Positions 8,722 through 13,736 of a stretch of 13,736 nt of DNA are shown here, in pieces; the stretch's first letter is position 1, and each line of letters starts with the position of its first letter. The stretch lies in contig NW_021826026.1 of the NCBI RefSeq assembly GCF_006345805.1, positions 1-13,736 on the forward strand. The letters run 5' to 3'. Below the pieces are notes generated by a model, which worked only from the letters and a program-made list of their open reading frames with translations, did not search any database and was not told the DNA's origin. The translations under genes and the position numbers were made by a program. This DNA is from Octopus sinensis (taxonomy: Eukaryota).

Positions 8722-9061
8722 GATAGCAAAAGGGGCTGATAGCTACCTAACTCAGATACCAGGAAACCCAAAAATGGCAGAAATTCAAAAGATAGTGCTC
8801 ATGGGAACTGCTCATATCCTACGCAAAATACTTTCTATGTAACCTCAAGGTTTAAAACAACCATAATTTTCGGTTTAAAAAAAAAAAAAAAGAATTTTTT
8901 TTTTAAGACATACATTAGTACAACACCAAAAACTCCCCCTCCCCCCAAATATATGGCACACTAGGCATAACAACAACGTGAACTTCCAACCTGTTGTCTC
9001 TTGAGGTCTCTGGGTGAGACTTGGAGCCAACTTGTACAAATATAAAGCAAAAGTCAAACAT
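8720..9061 (+). mobile_element. 5'-truncated R4/Dong-like (RLE-type) non-LTR retrotransposon 3' end embedded in (AAT)n
   Basis: The ORF tail MIAKGADSYLTQIPGNPKMAEIQKIVLMGTAHILRKILSM* (stop ending at 8842) resembles the R4-clade terminal 'xQKxVLLGTAxILRxxL' motif. A ~220-bp 3' UTR follows, and (AAT)n lies on both sides (8677-8721, 9062-9123). Confidence 0.75.
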
Positions 9062-9069
9062 ATAATAAA

Positions 9070-9113
<44 letters not shown>

Positions 9114-9122
9114 TAATAATAA

Positions 9123-9298
9123 TTGTTTCAAATTTTGGCACAAAGCCAGAATTTCATAGACCCTATTATTCAACTGGTACTAATTTTATCAACACCTTTC
9201 CAAATATGAAGGGCGAAATCGGCCTCGGCGGAATTTGAACTCTGAACGTGGAGACGGACGAAATGCCGTCAGACATTTAGTACCGCGATGCGATTTGC
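9123..9298 (-). mobile_element. SINE family B copy
   Basis: B-box GAGTTCAAATTCC (rc 9230-9242), CTGGTACT core and 3' end rc TTGTGCCAAAATTTGAAACAATTATTATT. Confidence 0.82.
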
Positions 9299-9309
9299 AA
9301 AAGATTGTT

Positions 9310-9310
<1 letters not shown>

Positions 9311-9357
<47 letters not shown>

Positions 9358-9495
9358 TGTGTACAGTGCTCAGGTACACTACAACTAATCTAAAGTGTAT
9401 ATATATAATCAGGTGTAGTCTCGGCGGATTTCGGAAAGCATGAGGGCCTTAAAGGATGCAGTGTCATGGCAGTCAACAACTGACGCAGGCAGTTT
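9311..9495 (-). mobile_element. CR1/L2-like LINE extreme 3' end with (TTA)n tail
   Basis: 9409-9495 reads KLPASVVDCHDTASFKALMLSEIRRDYT*, resembling the '(WN)xLPxxVV...FK' terminus of CR1/L2-type RTs. A short 3' UTR follows, then the (TTA)n tail at 9311-9357. Confidence 0.62.
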
Positions 9496-9683
9496 ATTTA
9501 TTTAATGGCTTGAACGATTTCACGACAGCTCGTCTGTCTTCTTTAGATGCAAAATGTAAAATGAAAACAACCGCAGAAACACAGAAATTCAAAATACAAA
9601 CAAGGAAATCCCGCGTTCCTATTTTGTTACGGTTCAAATCGTTAAATAAACAATCTATAACAAACCGCATCACGCTCTTCTTT

Positions 9684-10698
9684 TTGTCCGGAAAGTTCAT
9701 GCCGATTTATAGTAGCTTATCTTTCGACTTATTTTAGAACATGGTTGAGTCCATAAAATAGGATTTGACTACACCTCCATTTAGAGCACAGTTTAAGCTA
9801 TCTTTTCGTGGAAGAAGGTTTATGTTCCTATAACCTGTGTTAATTCTGTAACCCTTTAAAATGGAAGATAAAAAAAGTTCCTTTTCGGCACTTGATGCTT
9901 TGGGAACCAGACAAAAATTGTTGCAGCTCAGCTGGGATGTATTACCCCACCCTCCATATTCACCAGATATTGCTCTTCGGACGAGTTTTACTATTATGTA
10001 CAAGAAAAGGTTCTAAATATTGGGTTGTCCGGAAAGTTCGTGCCCATTTATAGTAGCTTACCTTTCGACTTATTTTAGATCATGGTTGAGTCCATAAAAT
10101 AGGATTTGACTACATCTCCATTTAGAGCACAGTTTAAGCTATCTTTTCGTGGAAGAAGGTTTATGTTCCTATAACCTGTGTTAATTCTGTAACCCTTTAA
10201 AATGGAAGATAAAAAAAGTTCCTTTTCGGCACTTGATGCTTTGGGAACCAGACAAAAATTGTTGCAGCTCAGCTGGGATGTATTACCCCACCCTCCATAT
10301 TCACCAGATATTGCTCTTCGGACGAGTTTTACTATTATGTACAAGAAAAGGTTCTAAATATTGGGTTGTCCGGAAAGTTCGTGCCCATTTATAGTAGCTT
10401 ACCTTTCAACTTATTTTAGAACATGGTTGAGTCCATAAAATAGGATTTGACTACACCTCCATTTAGAGCACAGTTTAAGCTATCTTTTCGTGGAAGAAGG
10501 TTTATGTTCCTATAACCTGTGTTAATTCTGTAACCCTTTAAAATGGAAGATAAGAAAGTTCCTTTTCGGCACTTGATGCTTTGGGAACCAGACAAAAATT
10601 GTTGCAGCTCAGCTGGGATGTGTTACCCCACCCTCCATATTTACCAGATATTGCTCTTCGGACGAGTTTTACTATTATGTACAAGAAAAGGTTCTAAA
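9684..10698 (+). repeat. Tandem array of three ~341-bp units, each the left ~300 bp of the mariner plus a 36-bp spacer
   Basis: TA+TIR starts recur at 10018, 10359 and 10699 (periods 341 and 340). Unit 1 starts at 9684 and lacks the outer 5 bp of the TIR. Each unit ends with CGAGTTTTACTATTATGTACAAGAAAAGGTTCTAAA. Confidence 0.95.
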
Positions 10699-11268
10699 TA
10701 TTGGGTTGTCCGGAAACTTCATGCCGATTTATAGTAGCTTACCTTTCGACTTATTTTAGAACATGGTTGAGTCCATAAAATAGGATTTGACTACATCTCC
10801 CTTTAGAGCACAGTTTAAGCTATCTTTTCGTGGAAGAAGATTTATGTTCCTATAACCTGTGTTAATTCTGTAACCCTTTAAAATGGAAGATAAGAAAGTT
10901 CATTTCTGGCACTTGATGCTTTGGGAATCAGACAAAAATTGCTGCAGCTTGGCTGGGATGTGTTACCCCACCCTCCACATTCACCAGATATTGCTCCTTC
11001 GGATTTCCACTTATTCAGGTCTCTGCAGAATAGTCTTAATGGTAAAAATTTCTATTCCTTGGATGACGTAAAAAGATACCTTGATGAATTCTTTGCCATG
11101 AAACCACCTCAATTCTGGAAAGAGGGTATTTTCAAGTTAAAGGAAAGATGGAGACGCATTGTGCAACAAAATGGTTCAGATTTTGTTGATTAAAAATGTG
11201 ATGGCAAGTATTTATTGACCTTTTGCTTTCCTTTAAAAATCGGCACGAACTTTCCGGACAACCCAATA
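10699..11268 (+). mobile_element. Internally deleted (non-autonomous) mariner DNA transposon, 566 bp, with 30-bp TIRs and TA duplication
   Basis: TIRs at 10701-10730 and 11237-11266 (TTGGGTTGTCCGGAAA[C/G]TTC[A/G]TGCCGATTT), with TA at 10699-10700 and 11267-11268. The transposase N-terminus MEDKKVHFWHLMLWE is fused to the C-terminus RQKLLQLGWDVLPHPPHSPDIAPSDFHLFRSLQNSL...LKERWRRIVQQNG (mariner YSPDLAPSD motif). Confidence 0.95.
10883..11193 (+). pseudogene. Mariner (D,D34D-type) transposase remnant, N-terminal stub joined out of frame to the C-terminal ~90 aa
   Basis: ORFs 10883-11071 and 10921-11193. Only the last catalytic Asp (in APSD) is retained; the HTH domains and the first two catalytic Asp are absent. 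Confidence 0.9.
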
Positions 11269-11319
11269 CCTTCTTGAAGAATCGCGTCAATTTCTATAAA
11301 ACCGCAACAACAACAATAC

Positions 11320-11533
11320 TAATGGTTTCAATTTTGGCCAGGTCTAGCAATTGAGGGAGCAATCGACACCTGTACAACAAACAAGCAATACCCGTACTCA
11401 GCTGGTACTTATATTATGGACCCCAAAAGGATGAAAGTCAAAGTCGACCTCGGCGGAATTTGAACTCAGAACGTGAAGACGGACGAAATGCCGCATTTTG
11501 TCTGGCATGCTAACGATTCCGTCAACGTGTCGC
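11320..11533 (-). mobile_element. SINE family B copy
   Basis: B-box GAGTTCAAATTCC (rc 11455-11467) and body GCTGGTACTTAT...GACCCCAAAAGGATGAAAGTCAAAGTCGACCTCGGCGG. Confidence 0.85.
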
Positions 11534-11543
11534 AATAATAATG

Positions 11544-11592
<49 letters not shown>
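11534..11592. repeat. (AAT)n microsatellite
   Basis: Near-perfect AAT run directly at the SINE-B 5' end. Confidence 0.95.
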
Positions 11593-11879
11593 GTTAAAGC
11601 AAATAAGGATAATACCACAAACACTAATAAGTATTATTAACCAAAACAAACAATAATAAAAACATCTCATAAAAATTTAACAAAAACCAATAAAGACCAA
11701 GATTAAGCAAACAAAAGGTTTTTCTCGAGAAAACGTAATAAAAATGGTTAGAAACACGAAAAATAAAGAAAAATAACATAAAAATCAATAGTAAAGAAAT
11801 GAAAACAAACAAGACAGTAAGATAAAACAGAAACAATCTCTCTATGCTCTGCGAAATAAATACATATGTAGGAAAAGAA

Positions 11880-12188
11880 CCTCATCTAACATACACACAT
11901 GCGCCCGCACACACACACACACGTATGTATACACATAGCAGACATATACAAAACACACACATACGCATGTATACATATATGTATAAGAAGGAATTTCTAA
12001 CACACACAAACACACAAACGCAGGCACAACTACACACACACACACACACACACATACACACGCACACACATATATATAAAACAAAAGAATCCTCTCTGCA
12101 CATACACACACACACGCATACACACATATATAGACAACAAAACAATTTAGTCACACATACATTCATATATGAGTGTGTACATATATAA

Positions 12189-12242
<54 letters not shown>

Positions 12243-12342
12243 CATACATACTTACATATGTACATACATACTTATAGTATATCTAATAATATATATATAT
12301 ATATTATATACACATACTTAATATGTACATACATACTTATAG

Positions 12343-12374
<32 letters not shown>

Positions 12375-12602
12375 CATGTATGTATGTCTATATATATATA
12401 TATATATATATCTACATGTATGTATATGTATATATATGTATAATATATATATATATCTACATGTATGTATATATATATGTATATATATATATATGTTATC
12501 TACATGTATGTGCATGTTTCTATGTATGCATGTATGTATGTATGTATGTATGTGTGTATGTATGTATGTATGTATGTGTGTATGTATGTATATATGTGTG
12601 TA
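11880..12602. repeat. Compound (CA)n/(TA)n/(TATG)n field with short internal duplications
   Basis: Dinucleotide and tetranucleotide runs. CATACTTA(C)ATATGTACATACATACTTATAGTAT occurs twice (~12247 and ~12312), and TATCTACATGTATG recurs at ~12409, 12455 and 12497. Confidence 0.9.
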
Positions 12603-13124
12603 TAATAAAACGAAAGTGTTTGTTTTTCTTGCAAAAGCAACATACTTGTTAAAACGTTATCAATGCTTTGTAAAACGACTTGCAATCATTGTTAAAGACA
12701 GTGTTAGCTTTGGTTTCAGGTGAAATTCTTCTGCAGTTTGGTAGCAATGCGAAGAACTAGCGTGTTTGAACAATATATCACTGATACTTTCTTAGCAAGC
12801 CTACTTGCCTCGTAGACAACAGCGCATCAGCCCACCCACCCATCCACCCACTCATCAACAAACACACATACATACATATACACACAGATATATATGCGCG
12901 CGTATTGGCAGACGACACACCAGTCGAACAGACGTATAGATATACATGTAGATATCTACTTGCTGAAGATTTAAACAAAGATGCTTATTCGCTTTATTTT
13001 CAACGAATGATGGATGGCTAGCGAGGTAGTAGAAGTGTGTTGGCTTTTCAATGAAACAAAATAATGAAAAAAACACGAACAGCCTTTGTAATGTGCATAA
13101 TAAACTATCTATATACGTGAGCGT

Positions 13125-13163
13125 AGGTGCACATATATACACATCTATTCAAACATACATACG

Positions 13164-13223
<60 letters not shown>

Positions 13224-13571
13224 ATATAATTACATACAGATAAAGAAGTCTAGGTGTATAAATGTAGACGTGCGCATATATACTTACATACACATATATG
13301 TGTATACAGACAGACACATAGCTATCTGTCGATACGAATATACACATACACATGAATATATGTACATACGTATTTATGTATAGAATTTCGTAACACTTCG
13401 GGGAAGGCATTGTTTGCGAGCTACTTGTTAGTGCGTATATATATATATAATAATATATAATATATAATATATACTATATAATATATACCTACATACATAC
13501 GTTCATTCATTCATATATACATACATGCGTACGCACACATATATTATTGTGTAAATGCAGTTCATGCATGC

Positions 13572-13602
<31 letters not shown>

Positions 13603-13736
13603 ATATATATAATATATAATATATATATATATATATACATATATATAGATATAATATATTATATTATATATACATATATATATATACATACACATGTATA
13701 TGTATACACGCATATATATATATATGCATAGTATTT
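13125..13736. repeat. (TA)n/(CA)n-rich low-complexity tract
   Basis: Perfect and degenerate TA runs up to the end of the window. Confidence 0.88.

Noticed and set aside
9684-11268. Repeat-spacer periodicity resembling a CRISPR array
   Set aside because: The repeats are ~300-bp transposon sequence, the spacers are identical, the context is eukaryotic and there are no cas genes.
9654-11306. TCTATAA(C)AAACCGCA-like motif on both sides of the mariner array (9654-9669, 11293-11306)
   Set aside because: It is short, AT-rich, gapped and not adjacent to the element ends; mariner TSDs are TA only, so this is probably chance.
525-11533. Minus-strand bias of retroelements as a sign of host-gene orientation
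   Set aside because: Several elements lie on the plus strand and the numbers are too small to be significant.
12600-13110. Splice-like signals (TTTGGTTTCAG ending at 12719; minus-strand GTATGT near 12645) and short ORFs
   Set aside because: All frames hit stops quickly and none of the peptides is recognisable.

Overview
AT-rich, microsatellite-saturated eukaryotic non-coding DNA, either intergenic or inside a large intron. I recognise the repeat families from memory as octopus-like (cephalopod); this is an inference, not a search result. No host protein-coding exon can be supported, and almost all supplied ORFs are translations of simple repeats. The window contains: (i) two tRNA-derived SINE families, here called A (an inverted pair at 649-1644) and B (four minus-strand copies, each abutting a trinucleotide microsatellite at its 5' end); (ii) compound trinucleotide arrays with higher-order repeats (4715-5345, 5525-6087); (iii) a nested non-LTR retroelement pile-up at 6801-9495, made of an unclassified (AAT)n-tailed repeat, an L1/Tx1-like ORF2 remnant, an RTE 3' end with a 6-bp TSD, an R4/Dong-like 3' end inside (AAT)n and a CR1/L2-like 3' end, mostly chained through (AAT)n tracts; and (iv) an internally deleted mariner whose left part plus a 36-bp foreign spacer is amplified into a ~341-bp tandem array (9684-11268). 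The best leads are the mariner array and the apparent microsatellite-targeted retrotransposition. I see no evidence for a novel protein-coding system.
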